From Schizochytrium sp. TIO01 (Eukaryota; Protista; Bigyra: Labyrinthulomycetes): a stretch of DNA of 64,000 nucleotides. The notes below the pieces were generated by a model. It searched no databases, was not told the origin of the DNA, and worked only from the letters and a program-made list of their open reading frames with translations. A program made the translations under genes and the position numbers. The DNA lies in contig SMSO01000036.1 of the NCBI GenBank assembly GCA_004764695.1, forward strand, positions 372,001-436,000, given 5' to 3'. This document shows positions 12,736 through 26,100 of this stretch, one piece after another. Numbering within the stretch: position 1 is the stretch's first letter; each line of letters begins with the position of its first letter.

Positions 12736-14304
12736 TTACTTTTTTTCTTTATCAGGATCCATGTACCCAGAAGCAAGAAAACGTTTGAAACGGGATTTCT
12801 GTTCTTTAGTCATGACCTTTTTGGCAGAAAGCACCTGCATAAGTTCAAACAAGGCTTTCTGGGCTGAAGTCCCGAGCATGCCAGGGGTGACCTGAATAGC
12901 ATATGGCATAGCAAATGCATTAAACAGCTTGTTCGCAGAGCGACGAGCAATGCGAGCAAGCGTGTAAGCAGTGTACTCCTGAGCATAGACGTTTTCTCTG
13001 TGGCGCAGAGCAAGCGCCACAACGCGACGCGCACAAAGAAAGTCATCTGCTTCCAGTTCAAGTAAAGCCTTCTTAGAGACATTTGCGTCCGATGCTCGGC
13101 TTGCACCAGCGAACATTCCACTCATACGCTTGAGGCTATACGTGAACTTACGCTGTGGTTCCCAGCAGGTGTACACGTAGATAATATACAATATATGGAG
13201 GTCAAGGGAGGTGCTCATTTCCGTGTTGGTAGGGTGCATGGTAGAATCAAGGAGCTCTTGTATCCACAAGGACTTCTCCTCCATCATAAAGAGACCAATG
13301 CGGTGGAAAGCACCCTCCTGGCCTCTTATGTTTTTCTTTAGCACATTCGCATGCACTTGCAGACCACGAATCAGCTTACGTTTGTCCATTAGTGCCGGAC
13401 ACCACACGCCTTGGATAGCGTTTACTGCGTCATCAAAGGATTCGCCACGCAAATATCGAGGGATGTGTAGGTCATCAGCTGCAAGTACCAGTCTGAGTGC
13501 AAGCTTCTCCATCTCTGCAGCAGCTTTCATTTCGCGAGAATTGACCGGGATGACAAAAGGAACCTGCTCCAACAAATCATCATCGAAAGCACGTACCGGC
13601 GCGAGACTATTATCAATCTCAATGACAATACGTCTTTCAGGCGGAGCTGCATCAAAAAACGCGCGTGCTCGACCTTGTGTATTAGTCAGCAATTCTTGTG
13701 CGAAGCGCTCATTTGCAAAGGCAACGTACAAGAAGGCATCACCAATGCGCATAACTGAGTCATATTCAGAGTCGCCCCCGCCAATGGTACTTTTGGCCTC
13801 TGATCCAAAATCAGAGTCTTCTCCCGTGATTTCGTAGACTGTGGTTAGCGCATTCACAGCTCGACGGTCTCCACTAATAACTGGACGGCGCAGAGTCTCC
13901 TCTGACTGCACATAGCAAGGGTCGAAGTATCTCGCAAGGTATTGCGTTGAGAATTCCTGTACGAAGGAACCAATGCTTTGACCAGAGGCGTATGCTAGAA
14001 AAGCCGACACGTTTGGGTTCGCAACATTGGAGTCGCTCTCACTGCCGATCTCTGCGAGGTCTTCCACGCCTCGTCGTCCTCCTCGTCGCGAGTCTTCGTT
14101 AGATATCTCAGAACTAAAATGCATTGACTCTCTAACACCCGAGGGGGAGGGAGGGGCTGAGGCGAGGCTGCGCAAGGACTTTCTTGAAGCACTTTTGCGA
14201 CGTAAGGTTTGAGTGTCTGAGCTGTCCCCGTCCTCTTCTTCGCGTTCTTGAGCAGGGTTTTGGGCCGGAGGGGTATGTCTCGACCTTCTCGGCAAGCAAC
14301 TCAT
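12736..14304 (-). CDS. Hypothetical protein (~522 aa), disordered N-terminus and predicted helical C-terminal part
   Basis: Long uninterrupted ORF with natural composition. First ATG at 14304 (MSCLPRRSR). No family motif recognised. Confidence 0.75.
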   Translation of the reverse strand: MSCLPRRSRHTPPAQNPAQEREEEDGDSSDTQTLRRKSASRKSLRSLASAPPSPSGVRESMHFSSEISNEDSRRGGRRGVEDLAEIGSESDSNVANPNVSAFLAYASGQSIGSFVQEFSTQYLARYFDPCYVQSEETLRRPVISGDRRAVNALTTVYEITGEDSDFGSEAKSTIGGGDSEYDSVMRIGDAFLYVAFANERFAQELLTNTQGRARAFFDAAPPERRIVIEIDNSLAPVRAFDDDLLEQVPFVIPVNSREMKAAAEMEKLALRLVLAADDLHIPRYLRGESFDDAVNAIQGVWCPALMDKRKLIRGLQVHANVLKKNIRGQEGAFHRIGLFMMEEKSLWIQELLDSTMHPTNTEMSTSLDLHILYIIYVYTCWEPQRKFTYSLKRMSGMFAGASRASDANVSKKALLELEADDFLCARRVVALALRHRENVYAQEYTAYTLARIARRSANKLFNAFAMPYAIQVTPGMLGTSAQKALFELMQVLSAKKVMTKEQKSRFKRFLASGYMDPDKEKK

Positions 14305-15294
14305 GGTAATTTCAGGGTCAAATGTATTCGAAAAAGCTCTTCCAGTACGGCGAAAGATTCTACAAAGCTTGTCGGAGCCTTGGCAAAGATGTTTCACTGT
14401 TTCACTCAATGACCCTGCGTTGAGCTCGAGTGACCCCTCAGAGTCCAGCTGCAGAGAACAACTGAATGAAATGGCACAAAGTGACAATCCGCTCGTACAG
14501 CCCCAAACAGCGGTGCTGCAGCCCAAACTAGCAAGCGAGCGAGAGAGAGTGATCTGCAGGAAGCCTCGGCCCCGCCGCGATGCCTCTGCTGCCCGCTCGC
14601 AGCCTCCTCGCTGCCGGCGAGCAGCGAACTCTGGTTATGCGCAAGCGAGGAAAGAGGCGCTAAGGCCTATGTTTGGCAGTCTCGTAAAATACGCACGTAG
14701 TGATCACACTTTGCCGGCTGCAAAGTGTAATACTTAGTCGTAGTAGAATAGGGGTATTTATGCACGCGAGCTCCCAAGTTCACTTTGGTGAGTCCTGCGC
14801 TGTACTTGCGCTTTTTATTCTGGCTTTGGCTTGGAAAGCTTGGAAGTCAATGAACCTGAAGAATCCAAGCAAGCCAAAAGCTGCTCGAGAAGCGGATATG
14901 CCACTGCCGTTCGGATAATGAAAGTAAGTGGGTATTACCGGGGCTGCAAGACGTGCCCGAAAGACTGTGATCGAAGTTTTTTGGATTTATAGAATGCGGG
15001 GAATGCGGCAGGTGCTTAGTTTCTGTTCTGGATGTTCGATTCCATATGCAGAAGAGGGAGCAATGTGTGGTTTATGAAAAGTGGTAATTCACTAAGTTGA
15101 ATAAGTTGAATCCTTTCCTGTCACAAACTGGCGAAAACGTTGGTCTTAGAGCCTTCTAAGCTAGAGCCTTCAAAGGGGATCTGAACGGGTCTGCTTAAAG
15201 GTCGGTGGAGTTGCGGGTTTGCTGCACGTCTCTCGCCGCTCAGGAACAACCATCTTGAGATGATGATATAATCAACCTAACTAATGACTGCTGA

Positions 15295-15951
15295 CTATCA
15301 GAGCAGAGCCACAGCGTCGTTTGGTTGGAAAGGGGTCCTTCTAGATCGAGGTAATCCGTATCGTACTTTCCTCTTGTGGTGCGAGCCATGGCAACAGGAT
15401 GTTCGACGGGTGTCTCCTCTGGCGTGCTCAATGATCTTGTTGGCTCAGGACGCGAGGCTTGAAGACACGATGAGTAAGAAGACCTTCTCAAATACCGTTA
15501 TCGCCAAGCTCAAGTTTCCAGCAGATCTCCTTCTACCATCTCGCTGTAAACGATCATAAGGGACATCTCTAGAATCGCGAGCCTGACTGAGGTGGCTTAT
15601 GATAACATCAGCAGCACCACGATCTTCACGACACATGATCTTGGAAGATTGTGTTTCCGGCACCAGCTCGGAACCTCCAGTGCTCGCGTTCTGCACTGCC
15701 ACGGCTCAAGTTGAGATTGAAGACTGCAGTCCCTCTAAGTGCGTAGCTCCTCGAGTTCTGCAGGCCCGACCGAGGTTCTGCAGGTCCTGAAGAGATACTC
15801 GCTCCAGCAGTGAACACATGTCCCTTCCTCTGGTACTGGGTAACCACTCTCTGAGACTATCAATCATGCTCAGCCTCGACTTTTTAACTGACGGTGCATT
15901 CAACATCACGTTGGCCGCGACATCCATTGATCGACCAATTGGGTAGCCCAT
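15295..15951 (-). pseudogene. Single reading frame interrupted by two in-frame TGA codons, unknown product
   Basis: Listed ORFs 15706..15951 and 15445..15702 are in the same frame, which continues to TGA-TAG at 15295-15300. Confidence 0.3.
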
Positions 15952-18743
15952 ATCACATATCCTGCGGAACTATCACGGGAAGGTGCAAGAACTAGCACTT
16001 ACCTATTTCCAGATAGAACGAGACGAAAAAGTACACACCTGCGGCACGTGAATATTTATGCGGTTAAAAAAATAATAATAAAATAATAATAAATTGCGAG
16101 TCTGGTGCTTCCTTACTATTATTATCGCCGCAGCAGTCAATAATACTACTACTACTCCAACTTGAAGCTGAAGTCATGATTGGAGCTTAGTATTTTGGAC
16201 TTCTGCTTATGTTTACGTGGCAGACGCAGCTTATAGGCTGGCCGTAGAAAAAAGCTCGCAGCTTTGAGATCTTTGACAAGCAGCAAAAATGACGTGATGA
16301 GTTTTCTAACCAAAAGGAACCTCTTTTAGTTAGAGGAGTCATAATAATGAATGTGTTCATGATCCTGCCAAATTATTTTGCGAGCCACAGGACAGCGGAA
16401 CGCCCCAGGTACGTACTGCTGCAGTGTCGCTGATGATCCTGATTTGAGGGTCAGGGAGCTAGAGTTTAAGGTAAGGCCCCATGAGAGCAAAGATCATAAC
16501 TGCCAGAACCTTTGCGAAACCATGTCTGCAGCGCAGTCTTAGCGCTTCAAAGACGACAAGGCTAGTGAAACTATAGCATAGTGCTAGTAGTCCTTCAGCT
16601 TTGGAGGGAAAGGGACGCAGGAAAACGAGCCATGACATTTAGTCCTCCGATTAGGCTCTGGAAAAAACGAACAGAATGCAATACACAAATAAGAGAGCTT
16701 GCTTGAAAGGCGATCTCAGTGGTAATTGTTACAAGCCTGCTTGCGGCAGTATCGGGAACTAAGACTATTCTGGGATGTAATAGAATCTGATTGAGATCGT
16801 CGAAGTTGCGGAACCTCAAAGTTCAAAGAAATACCCAATACTTACCAGTCAAGCCAGCATACTTTCATTTGAGATTCCCAGAGATGATCATGATTGAACC
16901 ATTGTATGATGCTAGAAATGCATACTACCTACTTGCTTCTAGATACGAACTTATTCCCCTCTGTCACCCTTAACTCAAGACTGAAAGCCTACTAGTGAGT
17001 TATATGAATCGAGGACTCTCACTGAACCCATCCTTCTGCAAACGATCGTCATATTTTTGTGCTACTCAAACCTAATTAGAAGTGATGCAGACTCCATTCA
17101 GGAAAATCTTTCGAAGATTCTAACGAAGATCCCTGCCGAGAAATCATCTTGACAGGCGAAATGTGCTGTGCCTGTACTTTATTTTATATATCAGAGCGAA
17201 ATGAGTAAGCAATCATAAAAATTGTACTTTCGACATAAAGAATTTGGAAGTCTAGCTAACCCAGATTAGTACTGTTTCTGGGAGCGGTTCTGCCAAGGTA
17301 CATAAAAATTGAATTGAGAGCAACTCTGAAATGCGGCAATAACCATACTCGTTAAACTGGGCTACCAGGATAGAAACGAAGCTCAAGGTGAACATTGCGA
17401 TCCAGTTCTATATAACAAAGTCTGAATGAACAACGTAGACTTCAAGTTGTAATGCTGACAACATTTCATAAGCTGGAGGTTGCTTCTGTTTAAGTTTTTT
17501 GTTGTTGCTGGATCAGTGCCTCTGAGGTTGCCAGACTTAAACTTGATAAATCTTTTAATTAACTATATTACAATCATGCCTCACATTTCTTTCGCAATTT
17601 GCCGAGAATAATACAGTAAATATCATAGTGCGACATGAAAGTCGTTGACTTAAACATTACTCTATAGACTTGTCCACTAGGTTAAACAGAACCTAAAAGC
17701 GCCCTCAAGGATCCAAATTGTACATTAATATCTCATATCAACCCTTGCTTGCTCAAGTTAAGATGATGAATGTGAATCTGTGAATCAGAATAGACCATAA
17801 ATTAAGCAATAGCATAATGGTTTTCATGTCTCCTCGCTTGGCAAGCTATTATATCGTGCTTCCTCTTGTTGACCACAAAAGCTGCGGTGCCACTCCCTAA
17901 ACACAACCTGGTGCGCACAGAAAAGTCCGCCACGATAATGTAGCTGTAACCCCCTTTGCTGAGCCGCCAGGCACAATCACATCTGCCCCACCTTAACCTA
18001 ATCGGTATGTCCCTTGCTCCACATTCCTCTTTAAGGTGGCTAACATTTTCACCATCATTTAGACTCAAAGGTGGATAGTAGCCACCTACCTAAATAGATT
18101 GCCGCAGTCGCAATGATATTGAGGCTCCCTTCCTCTCCTCTGCATCGCTTCGCTGGCAAGTGTGCCAAAGGCGGTGCCTGAGCCATCTGGATAGAGCAGA
18201 GCATGCAGTCCTCATTCATAAACGTTAATTCATTCACAAGACCCTCTATCGCTCTGCTTATTGCCGTAGGGATCAACTGATTCTTTCTTCTTCGTCTGTT
18301 CTCCACTCTGTTATCTTTTCTATACTACTGTTTTCTTTTGCAGAAGTAGCGATATTCTACAGTATGTAAGTTATGTATGTATATTCATTCTTTTATTCAT
18401 TCATCATAGATAGATTTGTTTGATTTTGATTATTTATTTATGCTTTGTCATCGATTAGTATTTTCTCGTTGTCTGTCCTTGGGCGTGCATACCAAGGTGA
18501 AGGCGACTCCGCAGGCGTCGGCGAGCCTCCTGGGCGGATCACAGCAGGTCTTCTTCGCCCTGCTCGCTTCTTTGCGTCTCTCTCTCACTAGCGTTGCTTC
18601 GTTCTCTCCTTAGTGCTTGGCAACCTCCTTCATCGGGCGGATCGGGCTGTCGAGACCTTGCGTTTCGCTCTCCGACGCTTTATCCCTTCGTCGCGCGAAA
18701 TCAGCTTGGGACTTTAGTGGAAGACCTTCTAACCAGCATCACC

Positions 18744-19205
18744 ATGGACCCATCAACCGGCCTCCCGAGGCGTATTGTGAAGGAGACGCAGCGGCTTCAA
18801 GCGGAGCCCGTGGCGGGCATCCAATGTGAACCCTTTCCTGAAAACCCTCGCCATTTCAAGGTTGTGCTGTCCGGTCCTTCGGAGACGCCTTACGAGGGTG
18901 GAGTCTTCCACCTCGAGCTCTTCCTTCCCGCGGACTACCCTATGGCACCGCCCAAAGTTCGTATGCTGACCAAGCTGTACCACCCGAACTTCGACATGAT
19001 CGGCCGTATTTGCTTGGACATTCTTAAGGACAAATGGTCTCCGGCACTCCAAATTCGCACAGTGCTGCTCAGTATCCAGGCGCTTCTCTCCACGCCAGAG
19101 CCTGATGATCCCCTCGATCCCAAGATAGCTGAGCACTGGAAGCGCGACAGGGAGGATGCAGAAGCCACTGCCAGAGAGTACACTCGCAAGTACGCTGTGC
19201 CCTAA
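18744..19205 (+). CDS. UBC13: Ubiquitin-conjugating enzyme E2 N (Ubc13), 153 aa
   Basis: [14 protein letters not shown]-terminus, HPN motif, catalytic [32 protein letters not shown] at 18744. Confidence 0.95.
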   Translation: MDPSTGLPRRIVKETQRLQAEPVAGIQCEPFPENPRHFKVVLSGPSETPYEGGVFHLELFLPADYPMAPPKVRMLTKLYHPNFDMIGRICLDILKDKWSPALQIRTVLLSIQALLSTPEPDDPLDPKIAEHWKRDREDAEATAREYTRKYAVP

Positions 19206-20140
19206 TCATCTTGAACGCCCTCAGGATGTATCTCAGAAAATACTTCAAGGTGCCTTTTTCTTTCCGAATATACCCCACGATATTCGGAGTATCTTGGGTC
19301 GATCCATGCTAAGAGGACGTGTGGAGCTCATGTTCTGCTTTGCCATCCTCTGCATTGTAGGGCACTATTCATCACTGGAATTTTTTCTTTGGCCCTTCTC
19401 GCTCCTGATATCTCTTTTGACTTGGTTTTGGTTGTGGTCTCTGGATTAATTCGAGACGGCGTTTTTCAATCAAGGCGGGTCAGTCTGAATCGCTGCAATC
19501 GCCGTTTGGGAGGATGGCGATGAAAGCTCCCCTTCCCCTATCCTCTTCTTGAATCCTCAATCTTCATCTCCCACTTTCCTTACTCGCTCTGAAGGTCCTA
19601 CTGACACTATGCAAAGATCGTCGAAGGATGTCTTCAGCAGCCTTTACATACAACTTTAGTAAAAAAGTAAAAATATACAAATGCATATGCATTCTATTTT
19701 AATGAATACATACTCCCAGCCACGTACCATCGTGCTCATCCTTTTTCGATTATATATAGTATTTATTGATTTATCTTTTCCATCGCAACGAAAGTAGAGA
19801 ATTTTCAGCTACCGCTCGTCATCTGCTTCTAGAGCATCTAAGCAGGCCTCAATGCAACATTTTAAATATGTTTTCCCCTATCGTTCAATTTTTTCCTCTT
19901 TAAAAGTAAAAAAATAAATGAGCACATTACTTCACCTTGGAAATGAAGCACAGGCCTTGGCTAAAACGCGTTGTTGCGAGAATTGAAAAGCAATTTTGAA
20001 CCATCAGAAAATGTATAAAAGAGAAAACTACATTAAGTTTTTACATGTACAAAATCACGATTCCGCTTGGCGTGAAGAGATTTCTGGAGATCGGAATACG
20101 TTATAATAAACAGTAGCTTTTAAAATATAGGCGACACATC

Positions 20141-23100
20141 TCAAGAGATAGGAGCAGCCCCGTTGCCCTCAATGCCAATTGTAAAGTTTGGCATTCTATC
20201 CATTTCAGGAGTTTTGTAGGCATTGCTACGAATTCCAACTGATGTGCGTTTGCTAGGCAAGACTGAACGCGTAATTGGAATTCCACTTTCATGCAGAGAG
20301 ATATCTGACCCATCCTCGCTAGAAGACATCCTCAACATATGAGAGGAGGGCATAGTCGCCGGGGAGGGTCCATTAGTATTATTGGCATTACCGTTTTTGC
20401 CTTGCTGAGCACTACTAGACCGCCGACGCAACCGCGAAGGGTCTATACTTTGCGTAACAATGCTGCGACGTTTTGGGGAAATACTGTCTGTCTTTTTTTC
20501 CGCTAGCAAACTCATGAGTTCTTTAGCAGAAGCCCCAGCACCTGTTTTCCATGTTTTCATCGTCAAGCCAAAGCCCTTTGCAAATCCCACACTCATCTCA
20601 CGCTTGCTTCGGCTACTGAAAAGACCACTATCGTGCCGGGTTGTTACATCATGACAATACGTCTGCAAAAGAAACACCGCAAAGCCTTCTTCATTGTTCA
20701 ACTTCATCTTGCTTGCAGTTTTAGCGGCCTTACGAAAACATGAAGCTGCCTTGGTACTCTTTTCTCGCAAGGCGTATAGAAGTCCCTTACAGCGATATAC
20801 TATTGGCTTATATGCCGAAAAGGTATCTGCGAAGGTCTTGAAACTCTTACATAGATGTTTGACAGATTCTTGCATTATCGTAGCACTCAAACGTTTCTTG
20901 CGATGAGCACTCTTGCTTGACGGCGGAGCTTGGAATTGTACAACCTGAACAAATGAGTAAAAAAGCATCTCATAAGCAATACCTAAGTACCACACCATCG
21001 GTGTTTGCGCAGTATCAAGGAGCAGATTCCAAGCCACAGTGGCATACTGGATTGCTTCAGAGCGGTTGTACCCAGGACTGTTTCGATCTCCAAGCTTCCA
21101 TGCACGCATAGCTGCTAAAAGAATCTGATCTACTCGCATCATTCTTTCATCGCCCATATCATAGACATTTGTCGGAAGCCCCATCCTAAGAGATGCATCA
21201 AGTCCTCCAGAAATACTTCCTCCGAATGCAGGTGCAGTTTGATTGAGTCCAGATGATCCCTGACGCAGTAAGTCTGGGTTGTTCAATACCACACTCTGAC
21301 GACGAGACGAACGTCTCGGAAGACCAGCGGGTTCCTGGGAGCAGACACTGTCGTCTTCAGTTAATACTCGCTTCGCGCCATTCGCCCCACCAGTTGTGAT
21401 AGTCTTTTTCTGAATAAGACGAGCACCAGCTTGAACTGGTGCTCCAGGGACAGACTCTTCATAAGTTGAAATCTCAGCCAAGGTGACTAGAATACCACAG
21501 CGACGAAATCGAACGATTGCACTCCAAGCATCAATCCATAGCTCCACTTGGGGACTGTGTGAAGCACGAGAAAACTCGTCGGAGAGAGTGCGACAAATAT
21601 TGCTGGCCTCACCTAGAGAATCTGAGTTCATCTCAACATCAACGAGCATTAATTTGCACTCCAGCACATGCTTATGGTATACTTGGATGGAGGTTGCCAA
21701 ATTTGAAGACAGAAATCGGCTTTGAGCTTGTTGCAATGCCTTCTTGCCTTCATCATAAGACCCCTTACTAATAAAAGCAAGAGCAGTGACTTGATAAAGC
21801 ACACCAAACAGGTAGTTCTGATCCCAACTTTCTAAGGTATTCATTTCCTTTTCCATCTGCTCAACTGTCTCGGTGGAAAAGTTGGGCTTAATCTTGCTAT
21901 ATTTCGGGGAAACTGCATGAGCAATGAGGGCCATCAGTTGTACCAAGCGCGAGTCCTTCGGAAGATTGTGTGCCAGTAGTACTGAGACAAAATCTTTCAC
22001 ATGATCGATCAGACGATCATGGTCCATATTGAAAAACATTGTTTGCAACAAAAGAGCTTGGGTCCACAACCAGTGCATGTTTTGCGAAATGAAATCGGAG
22101 TCCTTGATATCAGTAGACTTTTGAGAGAAAAAGCCACGGGAGTGAAAAATAGATGAAGTGAACATGCGACGAAGGGAAGGGCGTTTCGGGCGACCTGATT
22201 TAGTCAAGTCTCCAGCCATTACAAACTCTACCGATGCATTGTCTCCAGCTTCACTTTCAGTGTCGGCTGTTCGGTTTGACCCTGCTCTAGGTCGTCCTAA
22301 AAAGCTTGCATTACCACTAAACTCTGGCAAACTACCACCTTCTGGAGTTCCTGGCGAGGAGATAGATCGTGGCTTCTTAGATCCGTTCGTGATTTCTTCT
22401 GCACGACCAAACGCAGAAGCCCCACGTGGTTGCAAGCGACTACCCATTCCATGTACTAGACGTGGGCTTACATCAGCAGACTGGGCCCTATCTAAGGGAA
22501 ATGGAACCCTCGTTGGCGTTCCATGACTTTGACTTTGGTGGCGGGGCATAGATCCTGTAGTTGCTCGTGGTCGGGTGGCATATCTTCTTCTTGGGAGGCT
22601 TGCTGAAGGCACTTCATCATCCGTGTGAGAAATACCTAATCGGGAGCTAGGCCCACTACTAAAGGGATACAACCGACGAAATGAAGACTGACCTGAGAAT
22701 GCAAGAGATGGTGGTACGGCCGAAGCAATTGGAGTACCAACTGTACCATCTGGTTGCAAACCTGACCTTAATGCCCATTCTACGGGCTCTTCTAAGATAC
22801 CTTGGCCTGCACGATCAGATAAACCTAACATCTCGTCAACTTGTTGCAAGTATGAAATTGCTTCATGATGGCGGCCCAGGTAAAGAAGAAGTTCTGCTAG
22901 AGTCAGCTTCATAGAAGCAATATCACTGGTTTCAAGCTTTGCAGATGTCTTGCTTACGCGATTCACAGCATCTTGAAGATAGAATCTTGCATTACCAAGT
23001 TGGCCATGCTTAAGACGAGTACAAGCAGTCTTATACAAACAACGGATACAATTCTTGTCATCCTTGGCTTTACCATAATGTTGAGCCAAAAGTGGCTCGA

Positions 23101-26100
23101 CGAACTCAATCATACTATTACTGCTCTGCTCATTTAGCAAGGCACCCAAGCATTGTGCAGTTAAAAGGTGGTACCGTTCGACTTCGCGGGGGGGGATCAT
23201 TTTATAAACTGCATGGTGGTAATAGTCATGAGCAATTTTATACGCTTTTTCCCCTGGAAGGGAAGGTTGTTGCGTTTCTTCGATAAAGCGTTCCCGGACA
23301 AGGTCATCAATGAGACGCTGGTATGCTTCTGTGTCCACAGTTTTGAGCTTCTCGTTGAAAATATCATGAATTGTGAACTCCGACCTTGAATTTCGGCAAA
23401 GCAAGAAGGTTTGTTGCAAATCTTCGTCACGCAGACTAATATTGATATCATCCCATTTGCGGTAAACCTTTTCATTAGGTTCTGTTTCGACATCCGTGTT
23501 CAGCTTGATGTGTTTAAATTTAATTAGCTCTTCCATCTTGTCTTGCACATCAGCAAAAAGAATGAGGTCACGAATCATATTCACCGTAAAAGGACAATCA
23601 ACAACGCAGACCCACGTAAACGCGTGCTGTACATCCTCACGAAGGTTATCATATCGTTGCAGAATTGCTCCTTCGAGGCCATCAGAGAAAACATCTTCAA
23701 TATCTTGATCAAAAATCCAATCACCTGTGGTATCGTCCTGACGAATGTGCTTATTTGCAAGCATTCCTCGCACATATTCAAGAGCCCACAGAGGAAGGCC
23801 TCGAGAGGACTCCATCACGCGCTTAATTATATGTTGAGGCCATGTAGGGATGTCGAAAGTGTACTTTAGGAGTTCTTCAATGTCTGGCTGCTTTAGAGGC
23901 TCTACAGAAAACTCGTATAAGAATTGTGCAAAGCGCAAGCGTTTTAGGACTCGATCCTTGGCAGAACTTCGTACAGTTGCAATCACCATAACGCCAGGGC
24001 ATTGTGGGCCGACTATCGCACGCAAGAGAGTCACAGAAAGCTCATCAAGCCATTCCAAATCATCCAATGTAATACAGACTTTGGAATTAAGCTGATTGAT
24101 TGCCAGCATTACCACGAGACACATTACATCAGCAATCAAGGCATCAGTACCATGTAGCTGCTTACTTGAGGAAAGGTCATCTTCAAACTGAGAACTCATT
24201 CGCATACCTTCAGCTTGGTTGCTATTTGCCGAAGTAGCAAGGACATGAACCATGCACTGCGCAAGATCCTCAGCTTGGGAACTAAGAAAAACACGAATCG
24301 TGGTCTCATCTACTTTGCTTGCGATAATCGGGTACATGTGGCGAAAATGTATAACTTGGCGGTTAATGCGTCGCTGATCCATGAGTTCCTCTTGATCACT
24401 CATCTCAGCTTCTAGTTCAAGATCGAAATCCTCACTGTTATATGTTGCACAGCGCTCCAAGTCACAGCTTTTTTGCATTGGAACAACAGGGCGAACCACG
24501 CTCAGGCCAGAAGGAACTGAGGGAAGAGTATCTTGACTCAAACAACGTTGCTTATGGTTGGGAATACGATTCCCTGTTGACCGAGGACGCTGGGATGGTT
24601 CGTGGGGGGCCCTCTTGTTTCGTGTCTCACTACTCAATCGCCGAAGTTTATGTCTCATGCGCCCGAGTTTGCGCCCCCCACTACTGTATTTGCAGTTGGA
24701 GTTTAGCGAAGCACGGCTTGCAGAACGAAGCATCAAGAGTTCTTCATCGGTGAGTTTATGTTCTGCTACATTATCCTCATCATCATCTGAAGAGTACGAT
24801 AAAAGCTCATCTGCATTGTTACCACCTTCTCGATGCCGATTTCTCCCCTTGCTAGGCAATAACGACTGTTTGTTCAGCATGCTATCATCACTGTGGGTTA
24901 TACGTAACCCTGGTGGGTGCTCGGATACATCTTCACTAATGGGTGCTTCATGGTATTTCACACGACGTGCATAGCTTCCCAGAGAGCGGGGGCTCGCAAT
25001 CTTCGCGTTTGCGTCCCCATCGTCGTATCCTTCCTCATCACCCTCCTCTACCATTGAAGACAAATCATCATCCATATCACAGCCCCGTGTATGTTCATCA
25101 TCATCATCATCATCATCGTCATCGTCGTCGTCGTAGTCTTCTTCATCATCGTCCTCCTCATCAGAACTTGAAAATGAAGACGATGTATTAGTACCTCCAA
25201 ACAGGCTGCTATTGTTACTTGGTACTCGACCGCGGTGTTGAAGTGGCCTGGCAGGACTGTTTTCAACTTGCGAGGCAAGGTCTCCGCTGCTTCCACTGAG
25301 CCGTGAGAGGTATGTGTTAAGCTGCTCTTTAGCCTTAGCTTCTGTCCCACTGTTTTCACCCACGTCATCAAGAGTGCATGTTGAATCTGTACGGGCCATG
25401 CTCGAACTGTCGCGTTGGAAAGGGCTTCCAAAAAAATTGAGATTCTTTGTGTTGGGCAGGGACTTCCGTCGACCTACTTTTGAGGTAGTGTTTAGGTTTC
25501 CTCCGTTTTGGTCAAGCTCAACAAGCGCCTTTCGAAGCTCTTCACTGTTACTGAGATTTACAGAGATAGTACGACCTTGCGGAAGGAAATGTTTTTGGCT
25601 ACCACTTCCGAACCGAACACGGTTTCGCGCCGCTTGTAAAACGTACATGTGTGGAGAGTTCCGACGCTCGGGCAAGCTGTTGTCAGATTCCGCGCCCCCA
25701 CCAATTCGATACTCTCGAGTCCCTGCAGCATGTGGCTTCATCTCACGACCTACAATCCGGGCGCCCTTTGGCGACGACGGTAAAGCATCAGGCTCTTCTT
25801 CTGGGACAAGCTTTTCTACATGAACCTGTAGTTCATCGATAAGTTTAGCTAAAACTTCTTGATCTGCTTCAATACTCTTCCTGGAAAACTTGAATAAATC
25901 GCATATGAATCCACGGAGACCCTCGTACCCGATACTCATACCACCAGAGTCGCCAAAGTCTCCTTGAGCTCTCGGATCTGCCCCGATCGAATCGTAAAAC
26001 GAAGCTCGTTCCTTCGCTCGGGTTGCAGGTGTCCAACCGAGAAGTTTTGTGTCTTCGTATACTTCGTTCACTGTAATTTGATAGCGAATCCAATTGAGCA

